Shown: one piece after another, positions 1 to 12,900 of the stretch | Numbering within the stretch: position 1 is the first letter of the stretch | Layout of the letters: each line of letters begins with the position of its first letter | From: Phyllosticta citribraziliensis | Taxonomy: Eukaryota | Reading direction: 5' to 3' | Length of the DNA stretch: 64,000 nt | NCBI RefSeq assembly: GCF_038025025.1 | Contig: NW_027117338.1 | Location: 1,054,001-1,118,000, forward strand | Made by a program: the position numbers and the translations under genes | The notes under the pieces: model-generated | Databases searched by the model: none | What the model was told of the DNA's origin: nothing | The model's input: only the letters and a program-made list of their open reading frames with translations

Positions 1-59
1 CTTGTCGCGTTGACTTGTTCGGGTTGGAATGTCTTGACATGAAGCTGACGTCGTGGAGT

Positions 60-1499
60 TCATATCGCCGTGATGGAGATTTCTCGTACAGCTCGAGTCA
101 GGCTGCGTTCGTCTTCTGCTTGCGAATTCTCTTCGCCCATTCCGACAGACGTCTTGGGGCGATTTTTGTTCAAGCCCTCCAAAAGCATGCATGCTTTGCA
201 AATGGTCTGGCTGGACAGGTAGCCGCAGCGAACACATTGTCCCATTGTCTGATTGACGGCTTTCTTTGTCTGGGCATCTCGCGAAGGGTGGCCATTTGTT
301 TGGTCCTTTGCCTTGCTCTTCTTCTTTGGGGCCTTTGGAGCAACGGAACTCAAGGTTATTTCTGTTTCTAGCCCTTGGGATTCCGCAGCCTGATTTTGTG
401 TGAGGGCAAGTTCCATCTTGGCCATGTCCCCGCCCGAGCTTCGGCCTTGCGCGCTTCCACATCCACCTTCTTCTTCGTCGGGGACCGCTTGGGCAGCAGA
501 TCCGCATCCGGTTCCTCCGCAAGTCTTGTCGCCATCTGCCCCTGGGACCAGCTTGGCCATGTCTTCTCCGCTTCTCACGACATCCAGAATTGCGCTTGGC
601 CGCACACGCTCTAGGTTTTTAATCAAGGCTCTGGCACTTCCACGGAATGCTTCGGGGGAATATATGCACTCGGTGCTGAAGTAGTCGAGATTCTTGTGGT
701 GGGCGTAGAGGACGATTTCCTTTTCGTAGGCGTACTTGAGCGGCTTGCTTCTCTTTATTTTGGTGTGATCGAACATGGGCTTTCCGTCAGGACCAGAAGG
801 GGGCGGAGCAGCAGAAGGAGTCGACGTCACGATCGAGGTAGTTCGGGCAAGCCGAGGGAGATCGCCTCTGAGCACTGGGATTCGTCGTCAGCTTTGGTGT
901 TTTCGAAGGGTGATACACAAGAGACTAGGATGAAGGCAAAATCCATTCCACTCCTTACAATTCATGAGCACTGTCTCTGCGACATCATCTGCATTGTGGC
1001 CAGTGACGACATGGCCAACGCCCAACTTTGCGGCTCCGCGGTCAAGCGCCTGGCGCCTGAAGACACCACAGTAGGTACAGTTTCCTTTCTTGCCAACCTG
1101 CTCGACTACTTGATCCATTGTCCAGCCATAGAGCTCGTCGTAGCCAACGATGGTCAAGGGCATGTCGTACTGATGGGCATTTCGTTTGACCGTCTCCAGA
1201 CTATCATCTCGGTATCCCTTGATGCCCTCATCGATACTCAGAAGTATGAGCTCGACGCCATAGTCGTAGCGCTCGTTGAGGGTCTTGAGGACGCTGGCGA
1301 GAACGGTGCTGTCCTTGCCACCGGAGGCACCAATCGCAATCTTTTCGCCGCGCTGGAAGAGGTTGGTCGAGGTAATGGTGTGATGGATTTCAGTCTCAAA
1401 GACTTCGAGGAAGCAAGGCTTGCACAATTTCTGGTGATTTTTGGGCCGCAATATCAGGGCGCGGTTGCGCTGGCATAGGGCGCAGAGCGAGGGCGGCAT
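60..1499 (-). CDS. NCS6: Cytoplasmic tRNA 2-thiolation protein 1 (Ncs6/Ctu1); exons 1499-959 and 874-60
   Basis: N-terminal CxxC pairs, PP-loop [28 protein letters not shown]-terminal [16 protein letters not shown]. Intron 958-875 (GTAAGG...GCTGAC...CAG) joins ETVLMN to LLRGD. Confidence 0.96.
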
Positions 1500-2595
1500 T
1501 TTGGAGAAAGTGTTGGAGTTGGGAGGCCTGAGTCAGTGGAAATGGATGAGCCGTGAGACGCGGCTCGCGGCTCCGCTTCGCCCCGCCGCTAGGGCGCGTT
1601 GGCCCTGGTGCGTGGGGAGCCCTGGCCCGGGCCAATATCAACACCACACCTATCGACAAAGCTTGCACAGGTGCCAGGACGCGACTTGATGACTTGGTCA
1701 CCATTGATTGGCCTCTTCGATGGAATTAATGAAAACCAGCCCGTTCGATTGGATGGTTGCACCAGTAGCACTGACAGCGCGCTGCGACGCGGCATGGCCG
1801 TTATGATCGGGATGCTATACTGTCGGGCGACAATGACGTGCAGCGGGGCTGGATAGATGAGCGAGGGAAATTGATTTGACTGAATCGGAGATATCGCCAG
1901 TATTTGTTCCTGACTTTCATCTCTCACCTCACGATGGGCATCGAAGCCTACAGTGCAGCTAAGTAACATGCCCATACCCATCTCTTGACACGACCCAAGG
2001 CCTCCCAGCTTTACCGTTGGAAGATGGAGGAAGCTTCCAGGCTTTCCAAATCTCAGTCTTTTGTGGGCATCACGAACGGACGGAGAACAGCTTACGCCGT
2101 TTGGCTAGACTCGAGGTGGTGATGCGGGGAACAGCCGTTGGCAAACATGACTGCAGCGAGAGAGCGACAAGGGGAGCAGCTTTCCAGAGACGCGATTGGA
2201 CCATGGGACGGAGAAGAAGCCTTCGAGGCTATGAGCTGTCATGGATGAACGACCAAGCAACGCGGGTTGCGGGTCGGGTGCGCGGCGCGCAGCATCCCAA
2301 AACCACCATCGCCCTGGCAACGCGCGCTGTAAACACAGCTGCAAGCTACCCAACCCAGGCGCATTTCTGGCCTCGAGACTTGGTTCTGCCCGCCAACACG
2401 CCCTCTTGCCCACATTGCCATCGATAATATTTCTCTCCATTGCCGCCCCCGTCAACCTCTTCGTCTGCCTCTGGGCCGACCTGTCGACCACTCTCCTTCT
2501 CGCGCGACCTTCAAGTAAGGAACATCCCGCAAAACCCCCAATGCTCGCCGGGTCGCTGATCCTACCCCTACCTTAGCACCGTGACGGACGCGAGA

Positions 2596-5395
2596 ATGGC
2601 GTTGGCGCCGGAACGGCCGTCTCATAAGCGACACAAGTCGACGACTGCCCTCAAGTCCATCTTGACCGGACGACACCACAAACGCTCTCCCTCTGACGGA
2701 GCAGCTCTTTCTGCTGCCATGCCAAAGTCCAAGGAAAACGCCCGCCCACGCCCACACAGTTCGCATCCTCCATCGACGGCCATGCCCTTGCTTCCTCCTG
2801 ATCACCCCCATAGCCAGAACCGAGTCCTGGGCGAGATTCCCAATCGCGCCAGCAACCAGGCTCCACCGAGAAAATCACACGATGATCGCGAAAGCAAGGA
2901 GGGCAAACGGCGGTCCCTGCATAAGACCATCAGCTCAGTGTCCCTTCGTTCGCTTGGAAAGGGCCCAGAGAAACCCAAAGACGAGTCCAAGGAGGACAAG
3001 CGCCAACGTAACGACTCTAGGCCTAAGAAGCCCAAGTCGTCAACGAATCTTGCTGCCGTCTTTTCCAAGACCAAATCCCCGAAAGAAAAGAAGCCGGTTG
3101 TTATCGACAAGGAGAATACCGCTCCCGTAGTTTCAAGCGCCAACACTCCCATCTGGGCGGAGTTTGTCGCGAAACCCAACGGCAACACGAATGGAGAGCG
3201 TAGCCTAGCGGACGAAATCGCGCTATACACACCCACCCTCTACACACCATCGCAGCAGCGCAACTTCAACGCATTCGATCAGCCTACCCTCAATTGCGAA
3301 CGAAACGAACGGAAGCCGTCTCGGGTAGGCTCTCGTCCAAGCTCCTGGCACCTGCCGAGGAGCACTTCCTCCAATTCCTTCATCGAAACAATTTCCCGCA
3401 AGTTCAGCGACGAACGAAAGGCTGCCATGGGCGGCAAGACGCAGACAATCGTAGAGAATTGGAAAGAAAGGATCGAACTCTCAAGCAGGTCCTCTCAAGA
3501 GTCCGCGTCTCACCGCAAGAGTTCTGAGAAACCAAAAGTCAGTGAGGAAAAGAAGCAAGTGGAGACTGCTCTAGCCTCGAAACGGGGCTCGAGAGTGATG
3601 GCAGTCGTCGCGGCAATCAATGGGCGTGCCAAGGAGACACCAGTAGAGCCTCCGTTGGACGAGGAGAAAATTGACGTCGAGTTCGAAGCCGTCCTGGTAA
3701 GCAAACACTTACACAGCTTTCAAGCCCTATACTTACATGGACAGGACTCGAGGAACATTGCCGACAACCTGCGCGACAAGATGCGTAGCCTGGATGCTCG
3801 AGTCAAGGCTGACTTCATCAGCAAACACAAGATTGAAAACATGCAACCGGCAACAGAGGCCCCAGCTAGGACTTCCATGTGGGGAACCAAGCGTAAGACC
3901 TTTGGTCGCAGGACAACGTCTGACAACAGCAGTGATCGTGTTGTCCTCGACCGCGATGACCCAGGCAACGATCCAAAGTCAGTCAGACCACGCAGCAGGA
4001 CCTTTACCTTCAAAGCCGACAAGGCTGAAAAGCGCAAATCCGCCGAGGTGACATCAGAAAAATGGTCCAAGAGCGACGATACCAATGCGGCCACGTCCAA
4101 GTCACTCTCATCAGCGACGGGAGCTTCGTTCCTTGGTAGAGCTCCAAAGCAGGCAATCCCCGAAGACTTTGTTTCCTACCTTCGCAAGGTCCAAAAGCCT
4201 GAGATTGTGGAGGTTGGAAAAATCCATAAGCTCCGTTTACTACTCAGGAATGAGACTGTCGCCTGGGTGGACGCCTTTATCAAGAAAGGCGGGATGATGG
4301 AAATAGTTGGCCTACTGCACCGTATCATGGAGATTGAATGGCGGTATGTGTACCTATCACGTTGCTTTTTGCAGGACTGACAAAGACTAGGGAGGAACAC
4401 GAGGACCAGCTTCTTCACGAATCGTTGCTCTGTCTCAAGGGTCTTTGTACTACGGATCTTGCCCTCGAAAAGTTGGAAGAAATAGAGTCGACACTCTTTC
4501 CTGCGCTACTCGCTATGCTCTTTGACGAAGAGCACAAAGGTCCCAGCGAGTTCACCACACGCGGTGTCATCATCAGCCTTCTCTGTAAGAAGCCCATTTC
4601 CGATGGTCAAGTCACGACTAACTCTCGATAGTTGCATACCTCTCTGCTGCTCCTGTCGGAGGTCGACGTGAACGCGCCAAATCGATTCTCAGGCTTCTCC
4701 GAGGTCCACAAAAGCCAGACAACGCTCGTCCGGTACCCTTTATCCTGGAGATGCACCAGCCGCGGCCATATCGGACGTGGTGTCAAGAGGTCGTCAATGT
4801 GACCAAGGAAGTATTTTGGATCTTCCTGCACCATTTGAACGTCATCCCTCTCCCTGAAGATTCGGAGGGTAAACTTCAGCGAGTCCAGTCCCAGGATAGC
4901 TACATCAAACAGTATTTCCCTCAGCCTCGCCCTCCCGTTCCAGCAGCACCATACGTTGGTGGTGTCGAGTGGGACGCTACGAACTACATTTCCACGCACC
5001 TGGATCTGATGAATGGGCTGTTGGCTTTTCTTCCCACCAAAGCAGAGCGCAATGAGCTGCGCAGCGAGCTCCGGGCCTCTGGGTTCGAAAAAGTCATGGG
5101 TGCACAGCTCCGTACCTGTAAAGAAAAATTTTATGGCGCGGTCCATGATGGCCTCAAGACGTACATCAAAGCTGCCGCAGCGGACGGCTGGGAGATTCGG
5201 GACGTGCGCATGGGCCCGAGAGACGACAGGCCAGCAAGCCCAAAGAAGTCGAGCCCAAAGAAGAAGAAGGCCAGCGACGAGCCCCCGCAGATTGGTCCTC
5301 CCAAGATGGAGCTGCAGAGTCTAGGCCTGGGTAGCGACTTGGAGCAGAAGCTTTCTCCGCCTAGGAAAGACGACAAGGACGACTTTTGGATCTGA
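2596..5395 (+). CDS. Formin GTPase-binding domain (Drf_GBD/armadillo) protein lacking FH1/FH2, Rid1-like; 4 exons
   Basis: Motifs LRLLLRNETVAWVDAFI, IEWREEHED, CLKGLCTT, KGPSEF, YVGGVEW. Introns at about 3697-3744, 4344-4390 and 4585-4631. Long disordered N-terminus; ATG at 2596. Confidence 0.8.
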
Positions 5396-5859
5396 CTCGG
5401 CTGATTGCACCTGGTGACATCAGAAGACCACCACGACTTCTACAACAGTCTCCGCCTCATATTTGATTAAACCAGTGCAAGAGGGCAGGCGGAGTTGAAA
5501 GGTTCTTTCTTTGGTAATCCTCATCACTTGTTCTCTATTCCCACCTTTGCAGCTGGACAAAGCACGAAACTTACGATTCACACGACACCAACAAATGACA
5601 TTGAAGCTGGCTGATGAAGGTGCAAAGCGGCATATGGAGGAGCTTTTTCTTGTATTGATACTAGGGCAGGAGGCTTTATTGCTCGGAGGACTGGAGTCAT
5701 CAGGCATGCAGAACTGGCTTGTGATGGCTGGAATCAACGATATCGATACAGGTACATAGCAATGCTTTTTCAAGTGTCGGTACTGAAGTGTTTCCCTTGA
5801 ACAACTTTTATTTTGACGTTTCCAGCATCGACTGGAAAACAAGACTGGGCAAGCGTTTA

Positions 5860-6240
5860 GAGCTTGTAGGATTCTTCTTGCTTCTCTTCAAACTTTCTAA
5901 CTACTTAAGGCTTTCTATCTCCTTAATCTCCAGAGTGATCATGTTGCGCTCTTTCTGTATAAATGGCACGCTATAAAGAGCTCTAACATTGCTCTAGTAA
6001 CATGAGTTTGTCACTACCCCGGAGGATAGTAGTGAGGTAAAAGTACTTAAGTAACACTCCTCCAAGTCAAGTATCATCATGGCAGCATGATACTCACGCC
6101 AGTTGCAGAGCGCTCTGTAGGAATCGAACCTACATCTCAGAGGCTCTGGCCTTCATTCACGTGGAATGAGCAAGCTTTTAACACATCAATTTGTTAAGTG
6201 GCACGAGCAAGCTTTTAACACTTCGGCAACTTGTTAATTC
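5860..6240. mobile_element. Probable RIP-degraded repeat/transposon relic containing a Pol III B-box-like T-arm hairpin
   Basis: AT-rich patch. Hand count over 5881-6060 gives about 19 TpA versus 10 ApT. A minus-strand frame reads IQKERNMITLEIKEIESLK*LESLKRSKK (E>K, Q>stop pattern). TGTAGGAATCGAACCTACA at 6116-6134. Confidence 0.45.
6168..6237 (+). repeat. Imperfect tandem direct repeat GAGCAAGCTTTTAACAC...TTGTTAA (2 copies)
   Basis: Identical 17-mers at 6168-6184 and 6205-6221, each followed by TTGTTAA that can pair with TTAACA. Confidence 0.9.
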
Positions 6241-6776
6241 ATGGGCGGCAGGTGGTGCTTGACCTTGTATATCCAAACGCCTTCGCACTTGTATTCCACT
6301 GGCTCGCTTACCGAAAGTCGGCCCGATACCCTGTTGTTGCCCCAGCCCGTCGCGTCTACCAGACTACCTTCAAGTCCAACACTCTTCTTCAAGGCAAAGG
6401 CAACCTCAGCAACCCTCTCGGACGACCTTGAGACTTCGACGACGCCTTTGGCTCACTGCAAGGCTTGCATTGCTTTCAGAAGAATCGACCTGCTTTGGGC
6501 TTTTGCTCTCTCTGTGTTGACGACTTGACTGACATTACGACCATACCCGCTGCACTGCTCCTAAACTGGTAATCCTGGAGTGATGGAATGCTTACACAAC
6601 TACAGCCTCCCCATGCATCCCACATCGTGTCGGACGTCGGCGGAAATACACACTTGACCCTCTGACAACTTGATCTCCGTCCATTTCCCAGACTTCGGCT
6701 AATCAAAAGCTTCTTGCTTTGTAGGGTTGACTTGACAAGAACTCTCCAGCATCAATTCAGCAACAGCATATTCACT

Positions 6777-8485
6777 ATGAGCAACCCCACCAACAACCCC
6801 AGCAGCAACAGGAACAATCCTCCGCCCAGGCCGTCCTACCCTACTGGACCGCGGGGCAATGGCTATGGCAATAGCGGCCAGAATCCGCCGTGTGGCTACA
6901 GCTCATATTCGTACCCCCGTGGCAGTTACGGCTACAACAATAGATACCAGTACGGATACAACCCTCACTACCCCAGACAGACGCCTTCCCAACAGCATTC
7001 CAACTTCAATGCTCCGGCGACGCAATGGCGTGCCCACCAACCTGGACAAGTCTCCGCCATGCCTGTGACCCGACCTGCCGACCGACCACCGCCCATGGAC
7101 AACCAGCAGCCAGCGACGAAGCCATCCCCAGATCATCCCAAAGAGAGCAAACTGAGCAGCCTGGACATCGACACCATGATCCAGGAAGAGAGTGCCAAGG
7201 CCAAGGCTAAGGCGGCGATCGACGCCAGGAAGGGCAACAATTCTCTGGGTTCGGCCGACAAGGAGAGCGCAGATGGCGGCGAGACTACTCGCAGTCAAGC
7301 TCGGGGAGGATTGTCCTTGGCAACCAACACGCTCGTGACCAGGGTTGATAGTCCGACGGGCTTCCCCGGAATCACAAGGTCTTCCAACCTCGACTCTTCC
7401 CCCGACAAGGACCTGCCCACCTCCGCATCCCAGCCTAAGATACCGGCTGAGGGTCCCACTATCTCGGGTGCCAACAGCATCCCTGTTGGTCCATCGAAGG
7501 ACCGCCGTGGCAGCGCCAGGAACGTGGACGGGGCGCCGTCCTCCCATGAAGAAGACATCCGGGACTGGCTCATCCTCACTGGGTTCCACGACGCGAACTT
7601 GCGCAATGAGAGGCTCCAGTCCTTCCGCCAGCTGCCAGCTGAGAAGAAGTCGGTGGCCCCCTATATCGAAGAGAACCGGCGCAGCTCGTCTCGACGTCAG
7701 GGAGTGAAGGAGGATAGTCCAGATGAGGCGTACATGGGCAAAGTGAAAGACCTTGCCAGACGAATGAGGGGCGAGTTGTAAGTGCTCTTCCCTACAGCTT
7801 TTCTGAACCCTACTAACGGATTTGCAGTCCCCCGGAGCTGCTGAGAGAGCTTGCCGCCACGGAGACTGGAAGAGAGCCTGGCCCCCCGGAGAACATATAC
7901 AACAGGGTCACCTCCAAAGCAGATGCTCGTGAGATGGCCAGGGAAATGGCTAAGATGATCGACGCATCCAAGTAAGTTCAACACTGGCTCAGCTTTGAAA
8001 GATGCGAGCCACACCGAGAAGTTCTGAAACCTCTGAGTGGTTTCTTGGACATGGCTAATTTGTCCAGCCTTCCCAGGCTTCGGAGCTCCCCGAGCCCGCA
8101 CCTCGACCGCCAGAACGACCAGAGACATGAGCGCGTCCAAGATCACGGTCACTACCGCGACCGCCACGACCGCCGCGATGTCCATGATAGACGCGAGGGC
8201 ATGGAGCGCGTCACCTCTGCCCGGTACCGTGACGAGCTCACGCCCCTCCGGGCTGGCTCGGAACAGTATCATAGCCGCTATCATGCATATGACCAGCATG
8301 ATGGAAGGCAGTCTGACAGTCGCCGTTCGAGGTCTCCTCGCCAGCACGCGCAGACGTACCGTGCGCGACCTCCCATGCGACCCTCGGCTGAGCCTAAGCT
8401 CAGCTCACGTCAAATCAACAGTGAGAGACGCGTTGGGCCCTGGCAAGAATGGAAGGCCGACTATACACGTCGTCGGTACGAGTAG
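6777..8485 (+). CDS. Hypothetical low-complexity protein (N/Y/P/G-rich N-terminus, R/D/H-rich C-terminus); exons 6777-7777, 7828-7971, 8068-8485
   Basis: Two canonical GTAAGT...CTAAC/CTAAT...CAG introns join ORF 6714-7781 to ORF 8045-8485 in frame. Internal motif EDIRDWLILTGFHD. Confidence 0.7.
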
Positions 8486-8884
8486 TCGTGGTGTCTCGAG
8501 GACGAGCTGCGCTCCGTGGGTCACGGCTTCTCCTGGTCCTGCTAGACCTTTTTCCCCTGCTCTCATTCGTACGGAGCCTCATCATGCCACCGATATTAAA
8601 GGCGTTGGTCGGGCCGTAAAAGTTCCTTCACTTTCTTTTCATTGCTTTCCGGAGGCAGCCCCTTCTTGATTCCCCAACACCAGCTCGAATTCCCCGTCTT
8701 GCGATCAACACACGTTTTTATGATACCCTGAACAGACAGCAATTCAATAAAAGTCTTTTCCATACTGGAGTTGTTTCAAAATGTCTGTTGAAAATCCATC
8801 AAATTACATCACAATAGTGACAGGCCAGCGCAAGCTATGAACAAGGAAAGGTGCCAATTGCACTTGGATATCATGGAATCATCA

Positions 8885-9964
8885 TCACCCCTCGACAGCA
8901 TCAAACCAGGCGTACGCTTCTCTGTCTGCCTTGTCTCCCTTGGCCTGCTCCTCTGGTACATCTCCCTTGAGCCACATTCTGTCGTACTCAATCCCCGTCT
9001 CTTGCCAACCCAGTCTTGCAAAAACACCAAAGGCGTCCGGATTCTCGGCCCAAACCTCTGCCGTCAAGCGTTTCTGGCTACCTTCGGCTGCTACAGCAAT
9101 CTTGGCCATGATCGCTCTCAGCAGGATCAGCGCATGTAGCTTCGTCCGCGCATACATCGGGCCTACCCTGTAGCCCTCCTCGCAGTCGCGCACCAGGACC
9201 CACGACCGCAAATCGTCCAAGTCATCTAGGCGCGTGACTGCAAGACCCCACGCGTCCTCGCGGTCGATAAGCGCCTGGCTGCGCAACCACAACTCACGAC
9301 GCTCCAGTCCCGTGCACGACTTGTCGGACTCAAGCAAGCTCTGGCCCGTGACGCCGCGAATGTCGGCCATCTGCTCCAGTGTCTTGCTCAGCCAAACTCG
9401 CGCTGCTTCCGAGTCCTCTCCTAGCGGTCCCTCTCCTTCCTCTGGCACCATTGGCGACTGGCCCAGCGGCTCGCGCTCGGCGACCTTGATGGTCCCCGTG
9501 GTCTCAAAGCCGCGGCGCTTGTACATTGGCGCCTGGTCATTGACAGAGTCCAGGCCAATCTGGTTGACGCCTTTGGACTTGAGGTACTCCACCGCCGCGT
9601 CGAGAAGCAGCGCTCCGCCACCATTGCCGCGGTGCGGTTCCGCGACGACAAGGGAGCCAAGCCAGCCCGTCTTGTTGGCAAAAGGGATAGCAAGAATGAT
9701 GCCGAGGGGCTCGGCCTCGGGGTTGATGTCGGCAGTCGATGGCTCCTCGGAGGCCGAGTCAGACGGGCTCTTGTTTGTGGATTCTGCCGAGGGAGAGTTG
9801 GGATGCAGCACCAGATACGATCCCTCGCTCGAGATCCAGTGCGTCTCGTGGTCGGCACGGCTGCGGTTCCAGCCCAAGCTGCGCGTTTGGTCCCACCAAA
9901 AGTCGCCAATCTTGGTAGACGAGGCGAGCGAGACCAGGTATTTGTCGTTGGAGGCGAGGACCAT
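8885..9964 (-). CDS. GNAT-family N-acetyltransferase with a second C-terminal GNAT-like (YitH-type) domain; intronless
   Basis: Acetyl-CoA motif LVVAEPHRGNGGGALL, IGLDSV, MYKRRGF, and C-terminal YRVGPMYA. Confidence 0.85.
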   Translation of the reverse strand: MVLASNDKYLVSLASSTKIGDFWWDQTRSLGWNRSRADHETHWISSEGSYLVLHPNSPSAESTNKSPSDSASEEPSTADINPEAEPLGIILAIPFANKTGWLGSLVVAEPHRGNGGGALLLDAAVEYLKSKGVNQIGLDSVNDQAPMYKRRGFETTGTIKVAEREPLGQSPMVPEEGEGPLGEDSEAARVWLSKTLEQMADIRGVTGQSLLESDKSCTGLERRELWLRSQALIDREDAWGLAVTRLDDLDDLRSWVLVRDCEEGYRVGPMYARTKLHALILLRAIMAKIAVAAEGSQKRLTAEVWAENPDAFGVFARLGWQETGIEYDRMWLKGDVPEEQAKGDKADREAYAWFDAVEG

Positions 9965-12900
9965 GCTGGGTGTTGTTTGGGGGTATATTATGCTAGGAAA
10001 GTTTTCTGGGGAGGTCAGCGGGTTGTTTTGGTGCTTTTCCTCATGTCACTTCTCGTCTTTCTTTTAACGCCGGAAGATGCGTTTTATTGACTTGGAAGCA
10101 AGGAAACGACGCGGAGATGGAGAAACGATGGAAATGCTGAGACAGGAGACAGTCTAAGAAAATTGAACATGGCCAACATCTTCGAAATTGTGAAATCACG
10201 GAAAACTCAACGATGAAACTAGTAGGCTCTCTTCTCCTCGAACAAAAGCAGTTGGGGCATTGGGCCGACTTACTTGTGTTCAAGGTCTATGTGCAAGTCT
10301 CTCGGTTTGTTGTGGCCATTCAGTCTCTTGACTCTTTTGCAGCGTGTCTTGAATCTTGCAATCTCAGGGGTCGATTGCCAAAATGATGCTGATGCAGGAT
10401 GAATGCAAAAAACCCGAAGAAGGCTGAAGACAAGGCTGAAGAAATACCTGTATCGTGGCTGGGCAGGATGATCTCACATTGACCTCATAGCAACCCCGCC
10501 CCCTGTGCCACGGGGCCCCCTTGTGTTCTTATCGGCCTGAGGCATTCAAAGGGGAAATCTCGGCGCAGATGCTGTGCTGACAGCTGCGCCACCAAGACTG
10601 AATGTGGAGGTGGCATTGGTCGAGCACGAACACCAAGGCTTCCTGTTATGCACAGCCAGTTTTGCAAAAATGGGTGTTTGTTCAGCTCCTCTTCTCTCCA
10701 CCTCCGCAGGTTGTGTGAAAGCACAGTGTGTCGAGCCATCCGTGCGATTGGTCGGTTGCTCCAACAGGCAACCCCAGTTTCGGGGAAGATGGCTCCGGAG
10801 GCCGTTGCGGCGCCGGTGAAGGCGGTCCGTTCCGCCACACTTGCTGCGCCAACCCGCACCGCCACGCCACCATTGACGTCTTGGTTGTCGCCGCAACTCG
10901 TTTTCGTTCTCGCCTGACTCCAGTCCCGTCTCTTCACCGCGAAAGGGGCAAACCCGGAGAGCTACCAAGCCGCAATCATCCGCGTCGTCGCCATCGCCTT
11001 CGTCATTGTTGCAACTTGCGCGTCAGCAAAGCTTCTGCCTCGACGCGCCAGCTTACCCGCTCGCTCGCCCCACGCGTCATCCGCTTGTTTCCTGCTCTCT
11101 TGGTTCTTTCATCAATCGTCGACGCGGCTTGTCAGCCTGTTCCGGCCACCATGCGGCCAGGCACATGTTCAGTCGTCTTTCTGCCTACGGAGTTCCCCTC
11201 GTCAGCGACTCCTCCTTGCTGTGCCTCACCCCGCCGCGCTGCCTTTACTCACCGGTACATGGCTGACCGAGCAATGAGCGAGTCGTGCGACCCTCTGCTC
11301 GCGGGGTTTGACGAGGATGATGACGATGATGGCGCGGTTGATGGCGCTGGGCGGCCGTCGGACAACGATTGTGCTTCGCTTACGAGCCACACGCGAAGAG
11401 AGCAGGAACCCCTCATGATTCTTTTTTGAAACAGACGTATTTACTTACTACGTCGAAGTACATGCCGAACCCTCAGCTGAAGACAAACCACTAGCGGCGG
11501 TAGTTGCATCGACAAGGCTGAAACCTCCACATTCTTGGAACGTCTAGCTCGATGCCCCTGAGGTAACCTTCGCGTAGCGCGGAGCAGAGCAAGCAACGAC
11601 CCGCTCGCTCCCGCTGCAAGGGCCACAACACTTGGGAGAAAGAAAGCAAGGACGCCATGCCATGTCCCGCCGGATGTGATGCTTACCGACGGCGTGAGAA
11701 GAGCAGCCGCACAATCGATCCAACGACCACGGCCTAGGAACCTTTGCAGCGCGTTGACACTGCACGAGGACATCCAGCAAGCATTCCAGCACGCACCTGA
11801 CGGCCAGGGAGGACTGATCCCGTGGTGGTCGTTTGTCCCGTCGTCCAGCTGCCCATCCGCTTATCGCCTGCACTGGTTCCAGACACATGTCTCCAGACAG
11901 ACTGGACGATGTGCCGAGCTCCATGCCGACGTACTTGCGTGGAAATTATCAAAGGGAGAAAACGAGGCTCGCGTAAAGACGGAGAGACAGGCCGACCCGA
12001 CACGTGGGCGCCATCGGCCGGGGGTCAGCTTACGTGCATGCTACGTGCAGGCGAGGCGTTGGTTAGGCGTGCATCAGCAGCAACAGCAGAGACGGTGAGG
12101 TAGGTATGTACCTTACTATGTATCCGCAGGATGGACTCAAGGAGCCGGCAGAGGTGATGATACTGGACAAATGTCTTGCTCTGCTGCCCACAGGTAGGCG
12201 TAAAGCGATGCATCATTCTCCTCTCCAACACCAATCTCATCTACTATCCGTCAGCCAGAGACATTTTCTCACTGTTTCGCCAAAGCCATGTTTCTGCACC
12301 TCCTCCTCCCTTTCCAACTCCCTTTCGTGGACCTGTTCATGCGTGGTGAAACTAAATGAGAAGGATAGGCTCATGACGGCGATTTTCTCCTCCTTCATTC
12401 TTCTGCGCAGTCATCATGGATAGAGTCGATCCATGTGGCGCTCTTTGGGGATACATGCACTACGCCGGTGGTTTTGAAGTCCGACACTCGCTGGGCTCGT
12501 CCTTTCTTGACGGTTGCTGGATATCTGCCAACCCGGGACGGTAAACACCGGAAAGACCAGGCAGCTCTACTACTCTAACTGGACGGGCGCCCCGAATGGC
12601 ATTCTCTCGTTTCCTGCGAGATGAACTGATTGAAAAAGATGGCAGCAAGCCAACTGCAGAATAGACTCAGCTTTCGACGCTCTTGTTGGTGTACGCGAGC
12701 TCATCTCTTCCTTGCTTGCTCGGCACGCCTAACGACGACAGACGTGACAGAGGTCTTGGACATTTTACGAAGTGATGCATTCTCCCGCCCTCGTGCCATT
12801 CGCCGACATCGACTCGCCACGCCCCTGGACCGTGAACAACACAGGGGAAATCTCTCCCACATGCAAGAAAACGGCAAACACCCCGAGGGACGAGGCCAGA

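Noticed and set aside
696..1478. Long antisense ORFs (also 9234-10067, 53837-54484, 55776-56507 and others)
   Set aside because: They overlap well-supported genes on the opposite strand and are expected from GC-rich codon bias.
6105..6200. Intact tRNA gene (including a tRNA-Sec or permuted tRNA) on the minus strand
   Set aside because: Only the T-arm and an acceptor-like 3' strand are present. I could not build a matching 5' strand, A-box/D-arm or anticodon arm.
6168..6237. CRISPR-like repeat-spacer array
   Set aside because: Only two copies, eukaryotic context, no cas genes.
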